A stretch of 64,000 nt of DNA from Podarcis erhardii (Eukaryota), in assembly GCA_964252035.1 (NCBI GenBank), contig OZ176200.1. One strand, 5' to 3'. Positions 49,677 through 62,778 of the stretch are shown here, piece after piece. The notes beneath the pieces were generated by a model. The model ran no database searches and was not told the DNA's origin. It saw only the letters and a program-made list of their open reading frames with translations. Position numbers and translations under genes: made by a program. Each line of letters begins with the position of its first letter. Positions within the stretch are counted from its first letter, which is position 1.

Positions 49677-51199
49677 ACCACTGCCTTGTAAAATAATCAC
49701 CTTATCGTTGTGTTTCTGAATATCAGTTGCTAGAAACCACATGAAGGGAGAGTGCTCTTCAGATTGGGTTCTGCTGGGGGTTTGCCAGAGGCAGCTGTTC
49801 AGCCACTGCAAGAACAGGATGCTGGACTAGATGTGCTGTTGGCCCTGATCCAGCAGGCTCTTCTTATGTTATAGAATATAGATCATTTTTCAGCTTAGAG
49901 TAGACCTGCTGAAATTAATAAACACAACTAATTTGGACCTATTAGTTTGAATGGGTTTACGCCAAGGACAACTTAGTGGCATACCCTCTGTTGGAATCTG
50001 CCTTTCACTGAGTTGGACCATTGGTCCATTTAGCTCAATACTGCCTGCACTGACTGGCAGCAGCTCTGCAGGGTTTCAGGCAGGATCTCTTAAGGCCATG
50101 GCTGAAGATGCTGTATGACAGAGTGCATTAGAGTTGTTAAGTACATAATGTCCAAATCTTAAGACTAATGTATGCTGATTATATATCGACTGGGCATTTT
50201 GCATTCATGTTTTATCTTACGTATAAAAGTCCTCAAGCTGTTGCACTTGTTTCTTTTCCTAGGTGTTAAAACAACTGAGGAGGAGAAGTGTTAAAATAAC
50301 TAAGTTTTATACAAGAAAATACAGAAAACCAAAATTGTAATGTGATTTGGAGAGAGACTCAGTGGTCTTCTTGCTCATTCTTGATAAATATTTGACATTA
50401 ATAAAAACTGGAAGACTTTGCAGTTCTTCTACATTTGCATCCTATCCCTCCTTTCAGGAACTCATAGCAGCTTCAGATATTACAAACGTGGACCTGCAGC
50501 TCCCTATGCAGTCTCTTCCTCCATTGTCTGCTGATGATGGAGGATAATGTTCAAAATGTATCTTGGGTAGGAGAGGAGAACAGGCTGCATTCTATAATAT
50601 TTCCTGTACAGGAGCCTCTTTGGATTTTCTAAGCAAACAATGCTACGTGAAAGGGCTCCATGCGCATTAGATGTAAATCTGTGTACGAGAGCCCCAGTAA
50701 GAAAGAAAGAAAAAGAGAACTGAAGGATAAGAGAATTTGCAGCAAAGAAGCATCAATTAATTATTTCTCCACCTATTACCATATTCCTGTCTAAATTCTC
50801 TCCACTCTTCCCACAAGCTTTCCTATGGGGTTTGTGTCCTTGCAAACATGTAGCTGGACCTCTGTGGAGAGGAAAGCTACTGTGGATAATTAAGAGCAGA
50901 CAAGTGACTGTAGAATAAATAAAAATTGCCTTCGTCTTGCCACCTTCTCAACTCTAATTTTTTTTTTAAATAAACTGTTGTGAAACTCACTCACAACGCA
51001 TTTGTTTATCATGTAGACGTTACCTCTTAATAATTGTGAGAGGAGGCTGTGCTGACAGCTTTTCTCTATAACATCTGAAGCCACTGAGCAGCTTATGTGG
51101 CCCTGTGATTCAGGCACTGATCAGCTTAGCTTTAACCCGGTCAGAGGATCACCTGCTTTCTAGGCTGCAGGTTTCATGGCCAAGTCATTAATAGCAATA

Positions 51200-51427
51200 C
51201 AGTCGTACCTTGGTTGATGAACGCCTTGCGACTCAAACGTTTTGGCTCCCGAATGCCACAAACCCGGAAGTGAGTGTTCCAGTTTGTGAATGTTCTCTGG
51301 AAGCTGAACGTCTGATGTGGCTTCCGTGGCTTCCAATTGAGTACAGGAAGCTCCTTGGTTGTTGAATGTTTTCGGAAGTTGAACGGACTTCCAGAACGGA
51401 TTCTGTTTGTCAACAAAGGTACAACTG
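51200..51427. mobile_element. Tc1/mariner-type MITE
   Basis: TIR CAGTCGTACCTTGGTTG / CAACAAAGGTACAACTG, with TA TSD. Confidence 0.85.
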
Positions 51428-51440
51428 TATTAACAAACTA

Positions 51441-51674
51441 CAGTCATACCTCGGGTTAAATATGCTTCCGGTTGAGTGTTTTCAGGTTACGCTCTGCAGC
51501 GACCCAGAAGTAATGGAACGTATTACTTCCGGGTTTCACCACTCATGCATGCGCAGATGCTCAAAATGACATCACGTGGAAGTGGCGAAACACAATCTGC
51601 GCACGCTGCGCACGCGTGTTATGTTCTACTGAGGATGCATATGGGGCTCCGGAATGGATCCAGAGGTACCACTG
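51441..51674. mobile_element. Tc1/mariner-type MITE
   Basis: CAGTCATACCTCGG ... AGAGGTACCACTG, with TA flanks. Confidence 0.8.
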
Positions 51675-51799
51675 TAATATGATGTATTCTAAGTCTTTAA
51701 AGAGCGGGGAGGGAAAAATCAATATTTGAATATTTTATATAGGAGCAACTTGGACATTACGTGACGCAACTTTTTAGGGGTCTTAAGAGTGTTGTGGAA

Positions 51800-51935
51800 C
51801 AGGCATGGCCAAACTTGGCCCTCCAGCTGTTTTGGGACTACAACTCCCATCATCCCTAGCTAACAGGACCAGTGGTCAGGGATGATGGGAACTGTAGTCC
51901 CCAAACAGCTGGAGGGTCAAGTTTGGCCATGCCTG
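51800..51935. mobile_element. Palindromic hAT-type MITE (same family as 2831-2966)
   Basis: TIR CAGGCATGGCCAAACTT / AAGTTTGGCCATGCCTG. No clear TSD. Confidence 0.85.
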
Positions 51936-54621
51936 CAGGCTTAGTATAATTGAAGTCACTTTCCAGTCATATGTTGTTGCTTAAACAGAAGGGATCTGAA
52001 AGTCTAGTGGCATGGTTAGTTACTCAACATGTCTATTTTGGGGAGCTAATAAATTGGCAGGACATAGTGACCTACTCCAAAGTGACTTTTTAATGCAGAT
52101 ATTTCAATGAAACTTTATCAAGTCAGGCACAGCGTGAAGGCTTTGACAACTGAAATGTCACTGCCTCTCTTTTATCAAATTCCTGGAGCTTTAGATTTTT
52201 GCTATTCAGGATATTCTTGGCCTCAACGTAGAATACTCTGCTATTGTATCTGTGCTGTCAGGAAAGTGTTTATTTACCTTTCAGAATTTAACAGAAAAGA
52301 CAATTCTGCCAGATGTAGCTTCTCCTGTCATCATAGCATTGTGATCTGACAAGCCACAGTGAACACCCAAGACAAAAGTGCTATGGTTAATTTATTTGAA
52401 CTAACCAGACAATTTTTGGCCTGCAGGGCAGTAGCTTTAATGTGTTGCTATTCAGTGATGGTGCTTTATGAGGAGTACCCTACACAAGAAGTATTGGGTG
52501 GGAAAGTCACCATGAGTTGCTTTAAATTTTCATGTGATGAACACAAAATAATTAAAGGGTGACAGCATGAACAAAGCAGAAGTGGGTAATTCCTGAAAAC
52601 TATTGCAGAGGTCCATGGGTTTGTTGCCAAACAAACAAACATTTAATTGCATGGAAATAGAAAATGAACATTGTTGTCACTACAACAAACTGATTAATGT
52701 TTGGTGAATATGGAGTGGTAGTCTCTTGGCACCAATGATAATGGTGAAGTCCTACTCAGGCTTCTTTGGGGATGTATCTTGCTTTAACTGGGAAATTCTG
52801 AGTAAAAGTATATATAACTGGGCTGCAAATCTGCTATCACTTGCAGCAAGCTTTTGCTGAAGTTAAACCATTTGAGCTCTTGTTTCAAGAAGTTTTGATA
52901 GTCATGAAAAGCTGAAGACAAATTTGTGTGAGAGCTTTCTGGAAAGCATCATCAACATATAACCCCACAAAAAAGGAGAAATATCCATGTCGTTGATGTT
53001 CTTCTGGCTCAGGACTGCATGCTTTGCACTCTGTGCCGAGAGCCAAAGATTTGAATTACGGCATAGCTGAAAGTGATAGCACTGAGCAGCAAAATGTTAC
53101 AGTGCCTCTTCCTTTCTTTCCCCCTCCTCATAGAGAGATTTATTATACATATATTGTCACTACTCTCCTTGAATTGGTTGGCAAGGAAAGATACACAGTA
53201 ATCTCTCCAGTATCCTGAATGTTTAATGCATATCCTGCTCCCCTGAGCTGCCACTATCACAAAGGTCCAAAAAGACCTGAGTCGGAAGATGTCCCTCAGA
53301 GCAGCAAACATCTAGTGATTTCTTTGCAGGCCTAGAAGATGGCTATATGCAGACATGGAGCCTGAATGTGGGGTTGTACAGAACAGGTAGGTTGAGTGAT
53401 TTTGAGTGGAGAAATGGCGAGGTGTATGTGCTTAACTGCCCACCACTCAGAACTCCAAATCACCCTTGGAACATTTTGGATGCCCCTGTTTTCTTTGGAG
53501 AAATGTTGGAGGGTATGGCATTAAAGTGTTGTTATATAATTGCTGATAAAATAAATGAGAGGATGTTACAAAGAGAGTGTGCTTGTTCTCTCTCTGTGTG
53601 TGTGGTGTTAGGAGGGTGATGCATATATTGTGCATCTTCTAAAGAAATAGCCACATGCTCTCTCAAAAGTATGTCTCTCTTCATTTCAAGATTTTAAAAA
53701 TTGCAGTGAAAAAATGTGAAATCTGCTTATACACTCTGAGGATGCCTGGGAGTAAGCCCCATTTAAGCCTTACTTCCGAGTGTATAAATAGGATTACGGT
53801 GTAACGAGGCCTTCCACAAATGTATCTGAAACACTGCTTTAAGTGGGAACTGCAGTGATATCTCACTTACCCCATATCACTTATCCAAAACGTGAGGATA
53901 TTTTGATGATAAAGCCTTCACTGAAGCAATGAGAAGAACAAAGCCTACATGCAAATGTGAGCTTTATCTAGAGAAAGGACTTATAATTACTCTTAATTGT
54001 ATCTTTAGAAGGCTGCTGGTGGTTTCACAGGCCTTTTCTGTGGATCCTGTTTGCACGTGTTGAAACTTGACACTTTTGCATACTGAATAAAAGAGCCCAC
54101 GGGAACACAAGTGATACAGTGAATTATGGTAGAGCTGGAGACATCATAGCTGGCAATTTGTCAGTGTTGCTGTTTTCACCAAATGCATATTGTCTTTAAC
54201 AACATTCAGAGTCCCTTTGAATTAATGTCGAATCATGCTGTGGGTCTCATATTTTCATTTGACACTGAACACTTGATCACAGATGTGCACAGAGCAGAAA
54301 ACCCTTGGCATCCTTTCCAGGAACCTGGGGTTTTTCCATTGGTTTGGAATGTGAGCCACTAGGCTCTTTGATTTCACTTTGTGGGAGGTTATAAGCAGTG
54401 GCTGCAGAGGCTGCATAACACACACTGCAAGAATCCTGGGAACTGTTGTTTACCCTTCACAGAGCTACAACTCCCAGCACCCTTAATAAACAACAGTTCC
54501 CAGATTATTTGTGGATGTGTGCTTTCAATGTACAGTATGGGGTGTTTGAAGCCAGAGTCTAGTCGATCAAAGGCTTTTATATACAAATTCCTTACTCTGA
54601 GATCTGAAACCTATGCAGTAT

Positions 54622-54659
<38 letters not shown>
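54622..54659. repeat. (TAC)n microsatellite
   Basis: Direct reading. Confidence 0.95.
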
Positions 54660-55409
54660 GACAGTGGATTACATTAAGGCAGAGGATGTGCAAGTCTAAT
54701 GAAAAACCAGTGAACTCATGGGTTGCTACCAGAAGCAAACATGGTGTGTGCAACAAGAAAAGAGTGATGGGGGTATAGCACATGCTTTGTCTGTGTCGTA
54801 CCTCGTGCCATGTTCAGCCTCCAGTATCACCAGTTAGAGGAACTCAGATTACAGGATTGGGAAGCTCCTCTATCTAGGAAGCATCTGTCAGAGAAGACAG
54901 GACTGGGCTATACAGCAGGGCTGGAGAATGGGTTGCCCTCCAGATGTTGTTGGACTACAACTCCCATCATCCCTGACCATTGGCTTTGGTAGCTGGGACT
55001 GGTGGGAGTTGAGTTCCACAATGTCTGGATAGGCACAGATTTTTCATCCCTATACCGTAGGCTGACTTCAGTCTTGTATGCAGCCTGCTTTCCCCCCTTT
55101 TTCTTTTGGTACTTGAATACCCAATCCACCGAGGCGTTTTCAATTTACATAGCAAGGGTGCAGATACAGGATCTTTAAACAACTACGGCATAATTGAACT
55201 GTGTTCAGCAACCCTGAGTATGCATTTGTGCTAAATGACTTCTAGAGGGATAATTACATTAGTGTGCTATACAGAAATAACGGTTGTGGCATATTAAAGA
55301 GACAGGGACTTTTTAGTGATTTCTCTTAATCTTTGGAACTCCCTTCCTAGGGGACAGAAGTTAACAGACATTTTTTATTACAGTCTGTTTTGGTTAATTA
55401 TCATATGCT

Positions 55410-55776
55410 GTGCCATCTCAATATGGCTATTGGACGAACGGAAAAATTCACACAGGATTACAACTTGTTTTTACCTGCTTAAGGAGATTATCAGAAGAGG
55501 TCACAAAGAAAAAGGAAAAATATATGAAAATAACAAGATGAGATGTGGGAAACAGCAAGATAGGACTGGATAGAATTATGTACATTATTTGGACAGATTT
55601 GTGGACATTAATGCAGCAGCAAGAAGATGATTGGATCCCCTTCGGAACTTGAAATATGAGTACCCCCAACAAAAATTTAAAATTTGGCTTTGTAATTTGG
55701 AATTTATGTGATGCGATTTGATTTGATTTGATTTGAATTGAATTGGTCGGTTAATAAAAATTATTTATAAAAAAAA
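55410..55776 (+). mobile_element. L1-like retroposon 3' fragment with polyA tail
   Basis: AATAAA plus A-tail at the 3' end. 14-bp TSD AATTATCATATGCT at 55396-55409 and 55777-55790. Confidence 0.7.
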
Positions 55777-56387
55777 AATTATCATATGCTATATGCTGTG
55801 CTTTGAAACGTCATTGCTGCTGCTTATAAATTAGTGGAGTGTTTTTTTTCCTACTGCATTTGTGTGTTTTGAATTGTGATGGCAGTGTAAGTCATTTATT
55901 TACTTAAGCAATTTTTGTATGGCATAAGGCCAATAGAGGCCACTGTATCAGATGCATGAATGGTTATCCTCAGTTGGCAGGCTTATCTATCTGTAAGCGG
56001 GGGGGGGGGGTGGTGGTCAGGGAAAGCAAAAAGTATTACTTGAATAAGTTCAATAAAAGCTTAAATAATAAAAAAGTATTTTTTCTATATCCAATCAAAA
56101 TTCTTTCCAAGACTCCAACTTATCAACAGACACTGTGCAATCCATCAGAAATTGATCAATGATCCACTAGTGGATTGCGGTCTATCTGTTGACCACCCTA
56201 GAGACAGGCTGTTGTTCTACCTCCTCTATCAGAAATAGTAGGTCTATGAATACCAGTTGCTTCGCATGGGTATCTGGTTGACCATAAGAGTGCTGGAATG
56301 GATGGTCCTTTTGGCCTGATCAAGCAGCTTCTTATTGTGTTCTGGTATCTCCTTATACTGTATGTTGCCTTGTGGCAAATTCACACT

Positions 56388-56704
56388 TAAAGGTAAAGGG
56401 ACCCCTGACCATTAGATCCAGTTGTGGCCAACTCTGGGGTTGCGGGTTATCTTGCTTTATTGGCCGAGTGAGCCGGCGTACAGCTTCCGGGTCATGTGGC
56501 CAGCATGACTAAGCCGCTTCTGGTGAACCAGAGCAGCGCACGGAAATGCCGTTTACCTTCTCGCTGGAGCGGTACCTATTTTATCTACTTGCACTTTGAC
56601 GTGCTTTCAAACTGCTAGGTTGGCAGGAGCTGGGACCAAACAACGGGAGCTCACCCCCGTCGTGGGGATTCGAACCGCTGACCTTCTGATCGGCAAGTCC
56701 TAGG
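56388..56704 (-). mobile_element. Sauria SINE (5'-truncated)
   Basis: AAAGGTAAAGGGACCCCTGACC ... GGCAAGTCCTAGG on +. The A-box part of the head is missing. Confidence 0.92.
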
Positions 56705-57059
56705 CCTGCCTAAACTCTGCTACTTTGCACGACTGCTTGTAGCTGGATGATTTGAATTTTCCAAATCTCCTCCTGACTAGAGGCATCTGTCTAGCAAGTG
56801 TTGGGCTGTCCCATTTGGCTCTTCCCGGCAAGAGGAATGCGGTGAATGCCTCTGCAAGATGGTACATGACAGAACTCTTGCCCAGCTGTTATGAGGCTGC
56901 TGTTCCTCTTCTTCTTCTTTTTCCTTTTCTGCTGCAGAAACCAGCACGCTACCAGGGCTTCGATTCCTTCCTGTTCTGCCACAGCACTGTTCCTTCCTCT
57001 TGCACTCATTTGCAATGCACGTTTCTTTCCTGCTGTAGTAGTAAACGGAGGCTGCTGTT

Positions 57060-59960
57060 GCATGGATATCCCGCGCGCTGTGCAAGATGCAAATAAAAAC
57101 TGAAAATGCGGCGGCGGCGGCGGTGGAGATGCAGATGACTTAGTGGGAGGCGCCAGAGGAAGACGGCCACACAGTTGCGGAACTCACAACTCTCCAAGGG
57201 AGGGCTTATCAATAGCCTTCTTTCACATACATAAAGGAGCTGGAGCTGTTGCACAAGAACAAGCGATGAGTCACAGCAAAGCAACTCAGAGGCCTCTCGA
57301 TACTCGAATCCAACGATGTGTTTTACTCTGGACTGCTCACCCTTCCTGCTTCCCACATTTTTGGTGACAATTCCCACCCCCACCTTCCCGTCTGCATTTT
57401 GTTTTTGGTTTGCATTTGTGCAAACGGCAGGAAATGTCGTGGCACTTCCTAGAGTAGCTGGTGCAAATAGGGGCGCGCGTGCAAAACGTGAGTGCCTCGT
57501 TGTGCAAGTCCTGACAGCCCAATCCTATACGCCTTTTTAATCTGGATCGGGCGCAAGCCATTTTCGTGGGATTTTATTCCCATGCAATAACGTCGGGGGG
57601 GGGGGGGAATCCTGCGCAGATTTACTTGGGCTTAACCCCCCTCCCCGTGAACGAAGTGGCACGTGCTTGCCTAGGATCGGCCTGCACCCCTTCAGGATGC
57701 AGCCGGGAAATTTGCGCTTCTAATCATATTGGTGGCCCTCCTAGACCATTTTCGCCCCCCGCGCCCCGTTCCATTTCCTGCGCCCAAATGTGAGTTTCCA
57801 GCGCTTTAATTGGGGCTTTTGTTTTGATGTGTCTCTCCCCCCCCATGCAAAAATCACGCACAAGCCTGATTTACGGGCTTAGCCTATAAAAGCAAGGAGA
57901 GAGCAAAAGTAAACGTCCCTCCAAACGGGAAAAAGTCAGCACTATTCCTGGCAAAACAGCGTTTCCAGTAACGTGATCAGCCTCTTTCCCCCTGACCTTG
58001 TAGCTGCATCTAGATGCTAGCAATGCGTGCCAGAGCAACTGGATCTTCCTGGCAACCGAACCTTTTGGACGGACGGGCCCACTCTCTCCATTTCATAGCC
58101 ACAGACGGGCACGCACGCACGCACGAAAGTGTTGAGTTACATGGGGTGGTTATTATATTATACATTAAAAAAAACAACTTTATTTGCCTTATATGGCCAC
58201 AGGAAATGGGCGTGGCTTAGGCCTGCTGCCGGGTGGGGGAGCCTGAGCAGGAGGCAGTTGTGCTGATGAAGTGGAAGAGCTGGTTTTACTTCTGTTGCAG
58301 CAGGGCATATGTGTTTTGCAGGAGGTGGCTGCTCCTAATTTCCTTTCCTGAGAGTTGTGCAATCTCTTGGTTCTCAGAAGGAGGCGGGGAGACGGGTGGG
58401 TGGGAAGCCAGCGCTCTCTGCTGTGGCTGCTGCTGCTGCTGCTGCAGTTGCTGCCTCCTTCGTAGCTAAGGAGCTTCTCTTCCCTCCTCCTCCTCCTCCG
58501 CCCCCCTCCCCACCGCTCTGCTCCCCAAGCTGTGATCTCAAATCCTGTGACTCAGAGACTTGCAATCCTGACACTGCAACGTGCGGTTGGCGGCGGAGAG
58601 GGCAGCAACAGCAAACCGGGGCTCTCCACATCCCGGGCGGCCGCGAGCAAATACTGCAGGACTTTGTGCGCAGAGAGCGAGCAAACCGAGCAGGCTGACA
58701 ACTTGTGCACGGGATCTTTGCAAGGAAACTTCCTGCATTCTTTCCAAGAGAGCCTTGCCGGGGGGGGGGGTAGCGGGAAGGTCTGTTCCTCCTCAGTCGC
58801 TTGTTGCTTTTTGGATTTGGCACTTAAACCGTCAGCAGAGAAGCACTGGAGCGAAGAAGAGCGATGGGGACTCGCCTGGCTTTTATTTGGCGCTTGAGAA
58901 CCAGGAGGTAAGTTTGAAAGCGAGAGGGGGGACGTCTGCACGGTCCGGAGCAGGGCCTCTGCTTTTCTTCCGCTTGTTCTTTGCAGCGCGGAGCTGGTGC
59001 TGGAAACCAAAAGAAGCCGCAGCGTGTGGGGAAGAAAGGGTGCTTGTGTGCTTGCAGCCGTGGAATATATATTTAGATTCGTTGCAATATAAATATTGCA
59101 AGGAGTGGATGGAAGAGTTAGAGTGGGGAGGGCGAATCGAGGGCTTTGGGGGGAACTTTTTTGGCTTGCCTTTCCTCTTTTCTTTAAAGCCTGCCTGTCT
59201 GCCTCCTGCGAGCCCTGCGTTTTGCCTCACTCTTGTTTGTGCAGCTACGCAGTTCGGCGCTGCTCAGGGGCGGCCGCGGAAAGGAGGTTTCCTCCCTTCA
59301 GAACCGGGAAATGAGACGCAGGCGGAGTGCTCTCTCTCTCTCCCTCTCTCTCTCTCCCTCTCGTGTGTGTGTGTTTTGCAAAACGTTCCCTTTGTCAGAT
59401 GGGAGCAGCTTCTAAACGGGAGTAAGAAGTGGAAAGAGGTGATTTGGGTGGCCTTTGCTCGCTCTCTCTCCTGGTCATGAGATGGACATTTTTCTGACCA
59501 AAGACGTCGCGCTTTCAAAACGACGCTGCCTCCATGCCCCCACCCTCCCGGTCGCCGCCGCATATAATTCACCCTAATCCTTTGCTCCTGATTAATGGGT
59601 AAATCCCGAAGTGGAATTTAAGCTATGCTTTGTGTCTGAGGGTGGAAGTCGTGCAAGATTGCCTTATCTTTCCCCCCCCTCCACTCCGATTTCCCCTCTC
59701 CTACCCCTGGTTACCACAGTTATTTTAACGAGGAATTGCAATGCCAACTTCCCTCCCTCCCCCAAACACACACAAGCCAAAATCTTGGAACTCTCTCGTG
59801 CAGATTTTCCATTTTGTTAAGAGCAACGTGCACCGCCCCGCGCGTGCAGAGATGGGCCGCAAGTCTTTATTTACTCGTTTGGGGAAGGGGGGGGCGGGCT
59901 GCGAGTTTCAGAGCAGCCGTTCATTCCCGTCCGGAAGCATAAAAGTTGTGCTTGTGTAAG
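57060..59960 (+). promoter_or_regulatory. Second CpG island/promoter with + strand first exon ending at 58907, probably the alternative MIDEAS/ELMSAN1 promoter
   Basis: CpG-rich. TATAAAA at 57885-57891, AP-1 TGAGTCA near 57267, (CTG)n/(CCT)n leader, consensus donor GAG|GTAAGT at 58907/58908. I recognise no coding exon downstream within the window. Confidence 0.55.
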
Positions 59961-62629
59961 GTGGTTCCTGTATCTCATGCTTTTTGCAAGCATTGGGGTT
60001 GCAGAATGAGATACTCTTTTTAAATACACGGTGGTTTAGTTCCTAAATTCCCCACTTGTTTCAGCCCATGTGGCTAGCAAACCTGTAGAATGTGCTCCTA
60101 CCGGCAGCTAAGTCCCAGTGTGCTCATAAATTTTTAGAGAATGAGATAAGGGATGTGAAGGGAGTCAAGGTGGTGGTTTAAAGTCCAGGTGACTCCTGGG
60201 TCCCAGAACTGTGATCTCATCCTGCAATCCACCAGCCGCTCTAGCAAAAGTGGCAGCAATGTTGAAAGAGATGTGTAATCACAGTCGTGGTGACTTGCCA
60301 GGGCGTATGGCCATAGTTCTGGCAGGTGACATCATCGAAGCTGTTCTAGTTCCTGTAGAAATCAATGAGAGAGCTTTGCTATTAGCTAGAGGAGCATAAG
60401 AGGTCCTTGTACTTGACAAGTGCTGCATCCTACATAAGAGGAGCTTGCTGGATCAGGCCAATTGCCTATTTAGTGCAGCATTCTGTTCTCATAGTGGCCA
60501 GCCAGGTGCCTTTGGGAAACCCCCAAGCAACTCTGCGCATCTTCAGTTCCCAGCAACTGGTATTCAGAGGCATACTGCCTCTGACAGCGGAGGTGGAACA
60601 TAACTATCCTGGCTAGTAGTTCTTGATATGCACTGTGTGAACAAGCACTTCAAAATAATAAAATCTGTCCTGCATCTTCCAACATGCAGTTTAATCGGAA
60701 GCCTATAAGTTCTAGTAGTTGTGTTTTAGCTCTGAGATGGGCAGCTTTCAGCAAAAGTATGTTTCTTGGGGACATTTGTGTAAAGGCTCATTTAGATGGT
60801 CTTATCTCAAGAGAATCTGCCTGTTTATACAGGAGATGTATTGTCTTCTGATACACAGAATTAAATGCACCCCCTTTTTTAAAAAAGCTTTGGGTTTCAT
60901 GCCTTGCCCGGTGGTTGTATTGCCTGTTACTGTGCAATGTCTCTCATGTGTGCAGGTGTGTCGATAAAGTTTGCTTTTGCCTAGGGCTGACTTCAGAATC
61001 ACAGATAAGTTCATTGATTGCTTCCAGGCTGCTGTAAATAGCAGAGTTTAGGCTGAAGCAATACAGGAATGACACATGGTTTGACTTCCTCTGTGATGGG
61101 TTAGCCCAAGTGATTTGTCCACACTCCATGCCAAAATTGCAGAGGATCCTTTGTACACATGTTGCAGTGGAAATGTAAGGGTTTCTTGAAGGTATAAATT
61201 TGGAAAAACACTACATTAAAGAAATAAGTCAACACCCCTTATTTTCCAGAAATAGGAACACTAGGAAGCCAAGGATATGCCTGAAGAATGGCCTTCAAGT
61301 ACATTAACTCTTGTCTAGGCTTAGGATATGTGCACACTGTTCTTAATAACTTTTATCACCTTGTTGGGACTGCCAGGGCAATGTAATCAAATGCAGAAAT
61401 CTGTTTAAAAGACTACTAGTGGCTTTGATAAAATCTTAAACGTGTCTCCAAGCTTAGTATAAGTTAATTCAACCTTTGCCAACATAGTGCTTCCAGATAG
61501 TTTAGACTACAATTCCCATTGGCCAGTTCCCATTGGCTCCAGCCAGCACAGAGTTGTAGCACCTGGAGGGGTGTTCAGTACAGTAGTCCTGGGCAGACTG
61601 AGGTGAACCATTTACTTCTTGCACGCTTAGTAACTTGCTGAACCGTTTATATTGAACTTGTTGGGATTGAGAAAGAGATACTTTATCCCTCCATGGGTGT
61701 GATTGCAATGACTTTTTAGTCTGTTCCTTTGTCTTCAGAAATTATGCAAACTACGCTGGCTTGAGGCTTTGGGTTACTAAAGAATGAACTTGATGACAGG
61801 ATGCCTTATTATGTGGATGATGGGAAGGGGCCTGAATGGCAGAAGGCATGCAACTATGTACTGGTAGAGTGCTTTGGCACTAATTGTGGGAACCTTTCTA
61901 TGGCCAGAAGTCTCCAGATGCTGAGACATTAGGGTAACTTTTGATGAAGGAGGATAGTGGGCTGTTAACACAAGTCTTGCATCTCTATAAATTTGGAGTC
62001 GGTGGAATTGATTTGGGTGCAACAGCACTCTGTCTCTTCTCCCTGTACACTTCCAGGATCTGTCTGAATGTGCTGTCCTGGGTTCTTTTTTTGGTGACTG
62101 TTGCTCTCTACATGTCTGCATGACTTTTAGGTCTAGCCCTGCAGTATTCTCTAACCTTGTTCTTGCATTTCGTTGTGGATTTAAATCAAAGTGTGTGGTT
62201 TTTCTAATTTGTGCATTTCCTGCCCAAGAATGCATACTAATTGGTTTACTGTAACAATGAAAGCATATTGGTTTGCAACTTGGTAAAGAGTTTTATACTT
62301 CCAGTTTATACGAGCATCATCCGAAATGTCTGGTCATGCAACCCACATGTCTTTTGTGCTGCACAATTTTTTCTGTTTAGAGATAAGGAGGGGGAGGGAT
62401 CACTGTGAAATTATTAGATTTTTGTTCAAGTGTCTGTACAGTTGCAAGGATGCAAGACTGAAGAGAAGTCACAAGCCAGTGCAAAGTTACATGTGCAGAA
62501 TTGTGGGTAATGTTGCAAGGAAAGGCCGGTAATGATTGGACAAAACAGTGTTTCTCCATGAGATGGAAAGTAAATGTTTGCACTGCTTGGTGTCCTAAAT
62601 ACTAATAATTTGCTGTAATAATTGATATA

Positions 62630-62778
62630 CAGTAGTACCTCTGGTTACGTAAACTTCAGGATGCGAAACCCGGAAGTATTTGACTGGGTTTTGCCATGTG
62701 CGGTTCTCAGGTTGTGGAAACCTCGGGATCCAACCGGATCTCCGGAACGGATCCCGTCCGCAACCGGAGGTACTACTG
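62630..62778. mobile_element. Short Tc1/mariner-type MITE
   Basis: TIR CAGTAGTACCTC(T/C)GGTT(A/G)CG, with TA TSD. Confidence 0.88.

Noticed and set aside
50458-50566. Candidate cassette exon (cctttcag acceptor, TGG|GTAGGA donor); also a donor at 44781
   Set aside because: It contains a stop in the frame examined and has no homology. Cryptic splice-site pairs are common in long introns, and this cannot be supported without RNA data.
58581-59480. 299-aa ORF and other long overlapping ORFs in the CpG islands (also 36632-37285 and 31503-32189)
   Set aside because: Non-ATG starts, low complexity, crossing strong splice donors, and no recognisable domain. Long ORFs are expected in GC-rich, stop-poor DNA.
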